A DNA stretch of 64,000 nucleotides from Botryllus schlosseri (lineage: Eukaryota). The stretch covers positions 17,982,001 to 18,046,000 of the forward strand of contig CM119372.1 of the NCBI GenBank assembly GCA_051294905.1, written 5' to 3'. The translations under genes were made by a program, and so were the position numbers. Under the pieces are notes generated by a model. The model was given only the letters and a program-made list of their open reading frames with translations, had not been told where the DNA came from and searched no databases. This document shows positions 26,329 to 37,544 of this stretch, piece by piece. Every line of letters starts with the position of its first letter. The stretch's first letter is position 1.

Positions 26329-27984
26329 TGTGCAAGACGACGGTTGTTACGAAGCTACAGTAAAGATATCGATAAGATAGCGGATCGGAAAGTAAAACTC
26401 GATTTATTTATAATACGGTGAACAACCCGCATCCACACTATATATACGCCGAAATTCGATCCCGTTTCTCGCGCAACATCTATATTCTGCATACTGCAAT
26501 TTTTTTCTGGTGCAGCTCCTGGGTATTCACCGATCCACATCTCGGTAATGGGGAATAACAGAACGTAGGCGTTGTGTGCAGTTGTACGTGCGTGTCTACT
26601 CCAGGTATGACGTTATACGTCGTTTCGAACGAACCAATTTCAAGTTATGAATCGTGTACAATTACAATATATACATTATGCAATGTATATTCACAGAATC
26701 CATGACAATTTCGCTAGTCACATAAAGCACCACAGCGATGCGAACATTTGACTCTCTGCATATATCATATGATATTCACCTTCATATGAATTGATGCTTT
26801 GCTAATAAAATACATCGTTATAAATATTGGTGAGGATATTTTCTATCAGATGGCCGAATCAACTGGAGGAGTATGCGTGACATCGACAGTCGACACCTTC
26901 ACGCTTATAATTCATATTGCGGGTTGAAGGCATCTCAGCAACAGCATTAGCAAGAATGAGCATTGAGCAATGACCAATTGAGCAATGAGCATGGATGTTG
27001 AATGAGCGCGATGAGTGCTAACACTATTGAGCTGCTTTTATGCGATATAACTTCATGTTGAAAAGAATCTCTGAGCTCGACATCGTCTCTTACCGGTCAG
27101 TAATCAGTTATAAACTCTTATGGTCAGAACCGCTTTGTCAACAATGTGGTTATTTATGCTGATTACATTCGACAAGCTTGATTCGATGCGTACGACGTGA
27201 TAATGATTCGTTTTTGAATCGTTGATTCGTTTTGAACATCCTTAGTGATAATTTTCCGAAGCTTTCATTTGCGTATAGCGAAACTGTTGCCAGAATAAAA
27301 AAATAGGATGGAGAATTTTTTCAAAATATGGCGAGACGACACAGATCCATTCTAACTTAATCCTTGTAAATGATGTCACAATGAAAATGTTGAAGATTTG
27401 GACGGGGATAGGCGTCTTTCTACTGTCGGGCAATGTGTTATTATGCTAGCTATTAGTTAGTCAATCATGTAGAAACAAATCGGATAATTCACTTAATCAA
27501 ATATGTCGTCATCTCCTGTTTTTTCTTCTTCTAATTTTGAAGGCTACCATACCGCAAGGAATTGTTAAATGATGACACATTTAACGCCATGCACTCCCCC
27601 CAAAAATGAATATTGTTTTGACCAAATACAGGTATATTTCTGAAAGGTTTGATTAAAATTCGTTTTAATGCTGTCCGTGTACATTTAACTACGTCAGGGG
27701 TCCAACCTTTTTTGACCAAAGGTTCACTCGCGGTTTACGGCTACATACGGGCGCTTGATTGTTGACGACCCTTTTTATTCATCGGGAAGATTTTTAGGAA
27801 TCAATTGACAATATGGCCGTGGAGAGGGGGAAAGTGATGACCTCCCTTTTGTTCATCAGCAATATCATCATCCAAAATATTGCTTGGGGCTGCAAAAGTT
27901 ATAGTGAATGAATTCGGCCAATGATATTGGTACGCAATCCATTGGTGTTTCTGCTGGAGATCATACCACTACGCTATCTCCTCA

Positions 27985-29075
27985 CTCGCACAGATTTAGT
28001 TGGTGTATTTTGATAAAAGTCGACTCCAAGGAACCCAAATGAAAGTGTGAACGGCCACTCCCGACAACATGAAATATGTCGTTCCGATATAATTATTCTC
28101 GCAAACAGGATTATCTAACAAATGTTTGCCAATGGCACTATTCATGGCCTTCGCCTGTTCTGAATCAAGTTACAGAGAATGAGTCAAGGGTGAGCCTTTA
28201 ACCAAGCGTGATGCGCGTATTCCAATATATCTAGAGACATAGTGGCGCAGACGCCAGCGCTACAGAATTACCGAAGCACAACAAGATCCCCAGTAAATAT
28301 AATTGAAAAGATTGAGACAATTTCGAAATTTGGGCGGCATTTTCAAGGAAAGCCATGGTCGACAGCATATGCTCCTACGCCACTGTCGGGACATGCTGAT
28401 TTATGCGATCCTGCAAACGTTGTTTCGTTTTTCCCTCGTAGTCACAATCACAGTGGCACTTAATTCATAAACTATACAATACAGACTACATGACTTCGTT
28501 GAAGTGCAGGAGCTTGTCGCAGGGAGCGGTTGGGTTGTCGTAAAAATCACGCAGGTTTTCACTGTGTGGTATGGAAACACCTACTGACCGCAGAAATCAA
28601 TAGTTTTTCAAAGCGGGTGGAAATAGGACCAGTCCATGGTAGATGGATATGAACAACTTTGGTTGTTCGGTCGGTATAGGCTCGGTTGACTTTATTGCGT
28701 TGAATTGCGTTAATTTCCTGTCGATGCAGCGGTTGATGATGGGTTCGGGGTAACGATGATTTTGCGGATTTTCATTCAAGAATGATTTTGCGGGTGTTCT
28801 CAACCTCTAAACTCAATTTGTTACCCTAACATATCATCATCGCTCTATGCACGAGAGTGCCTACGAGGTTGATTTTTCTGCATCTAGGGCTAAATGAATT
28901 CCAACGTACGTATTGGCCTGTGATACGATTGTTGATATACAATGTTCTTTACGATTCTCTACTAGCTGCTGACGATTACCCCTGACGGGTGCCAGCCGCA
29001 AATATTCAGGTTCATTTCAATATGAATATACTATTCAATTGTATATTGAAGTTGAGTATACCTCCGTGAAGCTCT
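27985..29075 (-). mobile_element. Penelope-like retroelement fragment (RT thumb plus GIY-YIG endonuclease) with an inverted terminal repeat
   Basis: Minus-strand remnants GQYVRWNSFSPRCRKINLVGTLVHRAMMIC, YPEPIINRCI, CHCDCDYEGKTKQRLQDRINQHVP and NSAIGKHLLDNPVC...HLGSLESTFIK. A terminal-repeat copy at 28925-29075 is in the opposite orientation, as is typical of Penelope insertions. Confidence 0.85.
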
Positions 29076-29746
29076 CGTCAAAAGAATGAAAGATTTGCAT
29101 GTGCAACTGCGCGTTTCTAAATATAGTGTCTAAAATGAAGATTGGAGATAGTGGAATTGGTGTGTGTATTGTATATAGGTGAAAAGCCGGGTATGCTAGT
29201 GATACAAACATCAAATTACGATGAATGAAATAGAGTAAACCACAATCAAGGGACGTATAATAGACTCGCCGCTCGTCAACTTCGTCGGCATAGCTACCCG
29301 AAGCGCAACTTCATTATAGTCTCGTCCCGGAGAAGATCCCTTTGCCGCATTTCCTGCTTGGCGATGGTGGAATTTACCGTCCGCTCTCGCTTGGAAATTA
29401 TGCATGCGCTTGCACACGAATCGATCTGAACATTTCGACTGATCGAAATGAAATAAAACATACGAATTACCGTTACCGAAATTATGTTGTAAAATAATTG
29501 AACCTATATACCCAATTGCAGAAATTTTGACAATATACTGTATTTAAAACGTTTTGTCTATTGCAGTGCTCTTCAGCCTATGGGATGTATTGCACTTGTG
29601 TGGATGAAAATATTACAATGCGGATGACGAAGTTGCGCGGATGAACATTGCGCATATTATTTACTTTTTCTAACGTTGAATTCATATAAACTTAGTAGAA
29701 TATGGAGTATCGCGGCTGCATATTTTTTGTCGCTGCGACACATTCG

Positions 29747-29892
29747 TTATTGTTGTTGTCTGTGGTGATTTTCGAGAATCCTTCAACACTTTTGAAGGAA
29801 TTCTGGGGTCGACCTCGGTCGGACTCGAACCCAAACCAGAAGCCCATTGGTGTTGTAGCTATATGGATCGTACCACTAAGCTATACCTCGTC
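29747..29892 (-). mobile_element. tRNA-derived SINE
   Basis: A-box TAGCTTAGTGG and B-box GGTTCGAGTCC, followed by a non-tRNA body and a (CAA)n tail. Absent from the first duplication unit (about 13018). Confidence 0.75.
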
Positions 29893-30093
29893 TCTTCTAC
29901 ACATTTGTAAAAACTTTTTCCACTTACAACGAACTGGTAATCGTACCCGTTAAAATAGTTATGTCACACACCAGCCGGAATGAATTAATATTTGCGTACT
30001 ATTATGATTGCGTAATCAAAAGTCTGGATAGAATGCGTGTATGTAATCACGTAAAATCGGCTTTCTTCTTTCTGTCTTTCAACGATACCTTCT

Positions 30094-30670
30094 TAGGGCG
30101 GTTCAAAAATAACATTTTTTCCTTAATCTTGCGGGCTACATGATTAAATCGTCAGGTTACCTTAAAAAACGACGCACACCAAATTTGAATTCATTCCAAC
30201 CAATATTCGCGGTTTACGTAGAGTTTGAAAATTTTGAATTTGCCCAGAAACGCAAAAAAAATTTTTTTTCAAATTTTTCTGCTAACCCCATGAAATTGTT
30301 GGGCTGTCTTCAAAGACTATTCAAAACAAATTTTACTCAATTCCAAGCCGTAGAAGCGGAGTTATTCCAGTTTTTCGATGAAAATTCTTAGATTATCCAC
30401 CGATCAAGGATAATCTCTAGCGGTTGGAATTGAGCCAAATTTGGTGTGCATCATCTCTACTGATAGCCTAACAATTTTATGGGGTTGCCAGAAAAATCTT
30501 GAAAATAGGTTTTTTTCGTCTTTTAGTGATAAATTCAAAACTTTCTACTGCAAGAAAATCGCTTCTACTGGTTGGAATTGAGCCATAGTTGGTGTGCAGC
30601 GTTGTTTTCACCAACCTAACAATTTTATCAAGTAGCCAGTAAAATCTGAAGAAAAAGTTTTTTTTTGAAC
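30094..30670. mobile_element. Non-autonomous DNA element with internal direct and inverted repeats
   Basis: Ends TAGGGCGGTTCAAAAA / TTTTTGAAC, with internal repeats of GGTTGGAATTGAGCC..TTGGTGTGC..CCTAACAATTTTAT. A related piece lies at about 58545-58773. Confidence 0.5.
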
Positions 30671-30887
30671 GTTCAAGTTCGTTCAAGTATATTTGGGCAA
30701 TCGTTCACGAAAATCGTGTATTTTATCGTTTTCGCCGTAGCACAGTATGCAAATTAAGCCAGCAGCACTTTCTGGTACAAAATTGCTTTCACACTCATCT
30801 CAGTTGATTTATGATTATGGGTCAAATAAAACAATTCTTATGATGTGTTTCCGATTTGCTTGTACCAACTAGGCCTATGGCAGTGGT

Positions 30888-31445
30888 TAGGGTTGCATTG
30901 AAAACAAAAATCAATTTAAAACAAACATGTTTAAAACAAGGCTCTTGTTTAAAACATGTTTTTATATTGTGTTTATTTTTTCAGTTCACTTGTGTATGAA
31001 AGGGAATAGTTTTGGTTTTGGAGGCATTGAGCTGAAGTTGGTTGGATGCCATTAGGGTTGCATTTAAAATGAAAATCAATTAAAAACAAACATGTTTAAA
31101 AGAAGGCCCTAATTTAAAACGTGTTTGTTTATTTTTTTAAGCCATGACGTCACGAATATTCAATTGTAACGTCATAGTGGATTGACATTGACAATTGCAA
31201 ATATAGAGTTAATATAACTCCTTTTACGAAATATCTATACTATTGCTGTTGAACCGACTATTTTGAGGGTTCAAACCATTCCATATCGATATAGGCTGGC
31301 TATATACGGTGGTAATTGCCCGTAGGATCTTACGACATGTTTTTTGGAAAGTATTTACACAGTTACGGCATAATTTTACAACTTGAAAAAAACATTTTTT
31401 TAAAGGCCTTTGTTTAAAAAACACTTTAAAACATGTTTTAAACAA
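30888..31445 (+). mobile_element. MITE family TAGGGTTGCATT with TTTAAAACA repeats
   Basis: Starts TAGGGTTGCATT. An inverted homologous copy lies at about 37775-38214 and a fragment at about 49995-50400. Confidence 0.6.
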
Positions 31446-31693
31446 GTCTATGTTATACTCTTGACTCTTGAGTATCATCTCGGGAGGATATGGGGAAATG
31501 CTCGAACGTTCATTTATCGTGTCTGGAATGATTGTCTGTGCGTTTTTGTTGAAGCATGTTTGGCGGTCGGATACGTTATGCCTGTCGTGTGTTCGAACTT
31601 TGATTTCAAATTACGCATTGAGTTGTAATGTGAAATATAATTTTATCTTCGTGTTATACTTGTTTGTCCTGATATGGGGTGGTAAGGGATGGT

Positions 31694-32342
31694 TTAAAAT
31701 GCACAAAGCGAGGGGCGTTTAGAACATTGTTGACAAGTACCGGCGTAGAGAGACATACTTTTGATTGCAACATAAAAGTCGTAAGCGGGTATAGCAAACG
31801 CCAACATAGTCAAATATTTACAATGTCGGCAATATTCATCGTTTTCCGGTCGCTCACTTGTGCAGAAGATCTTCAAGGACGATGGGCTTGTGGACAAATT
31901 TGGAAATAAGAGCTGGCCTAGTGTAGAATCACGGCCAACTCGGAGAAGGGTCAAATTAATTCCAGTACAATATCTACTGGGAAAGCTCTGAACAATATTG
32001 CTTAGTTACAATTTCACCTTAGCCCAGATTTAGGAGTTTCAACCCGATCGAAAAGGGTATTTCGCGACGCTTTCACGACCATATAACCACAATCGACTGG
32101 ACTATCACCAAAGTATCACTGACTGCAATAATTCAACACATCATTGGTCGGTAAAGCGACATATTTAAAATTACCGTTCGACGTTCTGACCTAGAATACA
32201 GTTTGAAGAAGTCAAGTGATGTGAACTTGGTGAATGTCGGTGTCGGCCTACATCTACATCTGTCAACAGGTATCATCGCTAAACTCAAGCAGCAAAACAT
32301 GACGAAATTGACACACAGACGTGATGTTTTTGAATTTACCAT
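31694..32342 (-). pseudogene. Probable decayed canonical-type IL-17 gene
   Basis: Open first exon 32342-32175 with a signal-like segment: MVNSKTSRLCVNFVMFCCLSLAMIPVDRCRC-RPTPTF...RSERRT then a GTAATT donor. Downstream NLSTSPSSLKIFCTSERP...CRHCKY (about 31900-31815) resembles IL-17A NRSTSPWNLHRNEDPERYP..CRH. No intact spliced frame could be built. The homolog at about 16240-16530 carries a deletion. Confidence 0.4.
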
Positions 32343-33085
32343 TCTCGGGGTATCAATCACTTCTGAGATCATTACTGTCCGACACGGCATTGTCCGCAGC
32401 ATTGTGTTTTCCCGCATCTAATACACGCGTATTTTAAAAACGTATGAATACACTGACATACGTAAACATTCGGAATGATTGCTTGTTGCATAACCTACCG
32501 TCATGTTCCATGCTAGATAGATAGATATTGTTATGTGGCGATGCAGTATATTCCAGTCACCAACGCTTCCGGTGCGTTAATGTGTACGCTCCTACGCAAT
32601 ATTACAATATACTCCTTTGCATTCCAAAAATATAACAACATCATACGTCTAGACCCGCGGTCGTGAAAATGTAGAAACAGGCAAGCACATTTCGTCATCA
32701 TTCTTATTTTATAATGTGTCGAGTGCTCGTGAAATTGAACTAAAAAGACGAAGAGAATATCTAAATATACCGGTAGATCACGTGTTTTCAAACGCCGAGG
32801 AGAATATCTAAATATACAATACATGTGTATTGTGTAGCGATTGTTGATATACAATGTTCTTTCCAATTCTCTACCTGTTACTGATGATTACACCTGACGA
32901 GTGACAGCAGAAAATATTCGGGTAATTTCAATATGAATACACTATTCAATTGTATATTGAAGTTATGTACCTCCAAGAAGCTCTTCAAATATACATGCAG
33001 ATCACGTGTTTTCAAAACCTTCGGACTGATTGCGAGCTTTTCACTCTACTTATCAAGCTCAAGGACCGTAGTGATTGAGTACGTC

Positions 33086-34038
33086 CAGTGGTCGGGAACC
33101 TATGGCTCGCGAGCCATATATGGCTCTTCTGGGTATTAGATATGGCTCTTTAACAAATTTTTAATTTTGTAAAAAATTATCAATATTGTAGCAACTTGTT
33201 AGTAAATTTTGATTACCCCCGGGATAATTATTTTCGTGGCATCCCAAACATGTCCTTGAGAGGTCAAGAGAGTGGGGTGTCCAGGGTTAGGATCTCGCAT
33301 CCCCCTTTTCAAAATTCTCGAATATTTAAGTTGCTGTCGCGCCGGCGACTAACATCACTCGCGAATTCGATCTACCCGACATCGCGCTCCTCGAAATTTT
33401 GGATTGCACGATACCTTGATTGATCAGAGAGAATAGCAAACCTGGAGATGCTTGTATCACACAGCAGTTTTCATATACACATTTCCTTCCTGATCCACGC
33501 CGAGAAATGGACTGCCTTGGAAGCGACATTCACAATTAAAAATTGAAATTAAAAACAGCGCTACAGCTAGCCATATTCTTGATTGGTAAGTAGCTTTCTT
33601 GTTATCGCCGTTAAAATGTAGGTGTGTAGCATAACATTGTGTTAGCTGAATACTGGAGAAGTCGCGACAATAAAATTCGATTAATGCTGATCACAAATTC
33701 TAAGCTATTTACGATGAGTTGCGCTATCACAGGGCTTGGCTATCGGAGTGAAAATGTTCAAAATCTAGTCATTCATTAACATTGATAGAAAATACCAATA
33801 ATAATCATTGAAGGTTTCAATGTATTTACTGCAGTAGTGACAATGTTTAGCTCTACCTACGCATGTGAGCAGAGAAAATATGGCGCACCCTACGAATTCC
33901 ATGTATTGGCGCTACCAATACGTCACGGTTTTTCAATTGTGACGTAACAGTCGATTGATATTTATGGCTCTTTGGGAGTTACATTTGAAAATATTGGGTC
34001 AATATGGCTCTTCGGTCGAAAAAGGTTGCCGACCCTTG
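33086..34038 (+). mobile_element. hAT (Charlie-like) deletion derivative
   Basis: Ends CAGTGGTCGGGAACCT / AGGTTGCCGACCCTTG, subterminal ATGGCTC repeats, and an internal remnant VVTMFSSTYACEQ (hAT dimerisation motif) at about 33835-33872. Confidence 0.7.
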
Positions 34039-34339
34039 TCTTAGTCTGTAATCAAAAGCCATATCAACGGTGGCACATTTTCCCCGAATTTCAATCCCTT
34101 TGGATCGAAAATAATTGCTTGTAATAACATTTCTCATCACAAAGACGAATACTTCCTCATTTCATTCGCAAAGACAATGATGCGTTCCAATTTCTATAAT
34201 TGTAAACTGTAAAAACCGATTCGTTGTGATCGAATCTCGCAGTGCAGTAGGCCTACTATCTTTATGGCGTTTTATGATAATTACGTCGATAATGATTTGT
34301 CATTTGCGTTGAAATAAGATTCTCGAATTCCACGAAGAA

Positions 34340-35465
34340 AGCTGCTCAAGTAGAAGTTGAAGTAGTGACGCTAAAATCTACTCAAGTACGAGTAGAAGTA
34401 GTACTTTTTAGAGCATCCTAAAACTACTTCAAATAGAAGTATAAGTAGCGGCGCTAAAATGAACTCCAGTAAATAAGTAGTTGTGAGAAGTAGTCATAAG
34501 TACCCTCTCATGGGCTATCAAAAGCTGGAAAATGAGCCCTGCGGACTGTGCAGAGAGCTGGGTTCGTGCTGCTATATACTAAGAGGGACAAAGTCTCCAA
34601 ATAAGAATTGGACCGCTTCAGGGGATGTGAATGATAGTTTTGCTTTGGAACAGTGGTTCTTGACTTTTTTTTACCCCATACCCCATATCAGATAATGTCA
34701 TGGAATGGTGCCCTCCGCCGTATTAGAAGGCCCATAGTTGAAGCGAGAAGCATTACGGAGTTGTATCAGACACTGCATTAACGATTTGCGCGGTTATTGT
34801 CTGCTAGCCAAAAATATGGTAGATGGTAAATGAGACATTTACATTTAATTTTACTTCCGGAGGGAAAAGGCAACAGTGCACTTAATTTTGAACTTCTATA
34901 CGTACATGCGCTCCGGACAAAAGGACTCAGATAAATTAGAAGATCTCTTTGTAACGATACCGTGCATAAAGAGAAATACAACTATAATCTTTGAAAAGAG
35001 GGAATATATTTCTTGTATTTTGTCCAGACAGTTTCAACGGTGGTTGACGCTCAATGGGCTAGCTAGCGCTTAAAAGTCAAGTACCACTTTTTCCTCATCT
35101 GAACACACCCTGTGCGGTTAGAATGCTAGGTTACGATAAGATAGTTAGAGGTCAGCTTACGATACGATAGTCCCAACAAACATTTCTGAGCCATACTGAC
35201 TGTGATGAAACGTGTCATGTGGGTTGCAATACGGTGTGAAAGGAACCACACAACCCGCCACTCAAAATTATATTGGCCGATACTTCAGTGAAAGACACTT
35301 TCCATAAATTTTGTGATAGTTAAATTATTGTGAAAGTAAGAAGGTAAGTCACAAAATACGACGAAGTAGAAGTAGCGCAAAATGAGATCGACTTGAGTAA
35401 GTACTAAAAGACGATAAAGATTACTTGAGTACTTCGAAAAAGTATTCTTTACTGACCACCTTTGG
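34340..35465. mobile_element. Degenerate copy of the CAGAGGTGGTCA-family hAT element
   Basis: AGTAGAAGTA repeats at both ends, right end ACTGACCACCTTTG, and internal similarity to 14505-15863. Confidence 0.6.
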
Positions 35466-36014
35466 CCACATGTCATGCTCTGATGATGATGTTTAGTATG
35501 CATGGTATTTCGACATGGTTATTTTACAATGGTGATCTTATTATGATTCCTGAATGCCATCTTATCGCAGGGCCCACTTTCGGCCTAGGCATTGTTTGTA
35601 TTATGGTGTTGGACTTTGTTATGGACTAACTAAATTATGTCTGCATATCGTTATTTTCTTGCTGTGTACCGGAAAAAGTAATTCACGGCGGTCTCGCCAG
35701 GCCGTCCGCTAAATCGGCAAGAACCGAATTTGAAAGTTCTGCGCGAGCTGACAGCGAAATGCTGTCATGTAGGTTTGAAACCTAAAGAACAATAAAAGTG
35801 TATGCATGATCGATTGAACAGCAAAGAAAGAAAAGAAACAAGCAGATATCCTGTAAATCCTAATCTGTTGGGTTAAACAACAGAAACTTTCGAGTATCTC
35901 ATATACCCAATAAATTCTAAAAAATTATAAATGCAACTTTTTACTGCAACATTTGTTAAAATTAAGTGCAACTTTCTCATGATTTCAGACCGATATTCTG
36001 TATTTTGATTCCGT

Positions 36015-36170
36015 AGCTGCTGGCTTATAGCACGGCCCGCTTCCAGGTACGGAGGAGCCTAGATAAACCTCCAACACATGGGAAGGCATTCTGGCGTCGA
36101 CTCCGGTTGGAATCGAACTCGCGACCTATTGCAGCTGTGGACAATATATACCACTATACTCTATTTCGTC
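36015..36170 (-). mobile_element. tRNA-derived SINE (related to 29747-29892)
   Basis: GACGA start, TAGTGG A-box remnant, B-box GAGTTCGATTCC, and the shared body GTCGAC.CCAGAAT.CCTTC...GTGTTG.AGG. Confidence 0.65.
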
Positions 36171-36647
36171 ATTCAACAGCACTTGTGATACATGCAATCA
36201 TCGTGATTTGATATGTGTTCGTTATCCTTTTTCATGTCATTACCGCGATAAAAATATTATGAACTTCAATTATTTCAATAAATTATGCCATAATTAACAT
36301 TCCAGTCTTTGTTTATTAAAAGTAAAATTATGAGGAAGGCCGATTGAGCTCTTCTGCCTTCAAAATGTTAAAATTAAGAAGGCTGAAGTACAGGCAGTAT
36401 ATCGTATCATTTTCGATTGAAGGTTTATTGCTATTTGTGATACCATTGCAGATGTCACAGCAATCGGATGAAGGTTATATAACGCGCAGCTACGGCATTA
36501 ATGGTAATAAATATAATCATAGTTGCAATCGACATGGACCAACAAAAAACATGACAATCGAGAAATGGGATTAAAGCATCAAAAGAACTTTTTTGACCGA
36601 CTTCGTATTTATATGTGATGTGTCATAGCACACTACTCGTTGACGGA

Positions 36648-36650
<3 letters not shown>

Positions 36651-36678
<28 letters not shown>

Positions 36679-36820
36679 GTTAGATTATATTTTCATCTGC
36701 CCAAGACACACACACACAATGTACAATGCGATATACAAGGCACACAATGCGATGTAATGAACAGATAGGGGGTTGCCGAACGACCAACCAGTTGAGCTTT
36801 TTCGAACTGGCATCCACCTC
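36651..36820 (-). mobile_element. Probable LINE/SINE 3' tail ending in a (GATT)n microsatellite
   Basis: (AATC)7 at 36651-36678 adjoining a 3'-UTR-like segment. Confidence 0.4.
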
Positions 36821-37544
36821 GACCTAGTGCCCGATGTCACAGTCTTCTACGATGTTATTCTTTCTTCGTCGGTCCTTTTTTTCTTGCTCTTTTTCTTTCT
36901 TTTTCGGTTCATCTTTTTCTAATCCAGTAACTCCCCCGATGGTATCGAATTAATCATTATGACACACTTCTGTTTTTGGGTATCAATGTAATTCAAAATA
37001 AAAGCGGTCTTTCCCGTGAACTACAGGTTTATGTCACAATAGAAAGTATATGGCAATGTGCGAAATACTCGCCCTTCAAACTTAATTTGATACCTGTGAG
37101 TTTCCTCTCAAAACCGCCACGAAAAACGTTTTTATGCTTGCTCATTTAAACTTCATTTCCACAGATTTAGATGTAGCCTTATCAGAAACCAAAACTATAT
37201 ATGCAATGTAACTAATATATATTTAGCAGTCGTTTATAGATTAGAGGCTTTTCTTCACTGTTCGAGCGCGTTTATTTCACCATCATACTACAGATAGAGT
37301 TATCCAAAAACATATCAGTGCACCGGACGTACGGAAAAGGCGGTGCTTGACAAGACAGTCAATTTTCGGAGAGAAACTGTAGCCTTTGGCGTAGCAGAAG
37401 ATACATCAACAAACTTGCCGAAAATAACGAAATAAATTAAGACACAAGTCAAAATCAGGACAAATCAGAGAAATAAAGACAGTATAGTTTTATCAGACAT
37501 CGCCACTCAAAATGATCTGAGTAAACAGGATGTAGGGTATAGTG

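Noticed and set aside
29815..29892. Possible tRNA gene (A and B boxes)
   Set aside because: No cloverleaf or acceptor stem. It continues into a body and (CAA)n tail shared with 36015-36170, so it is a SINE.
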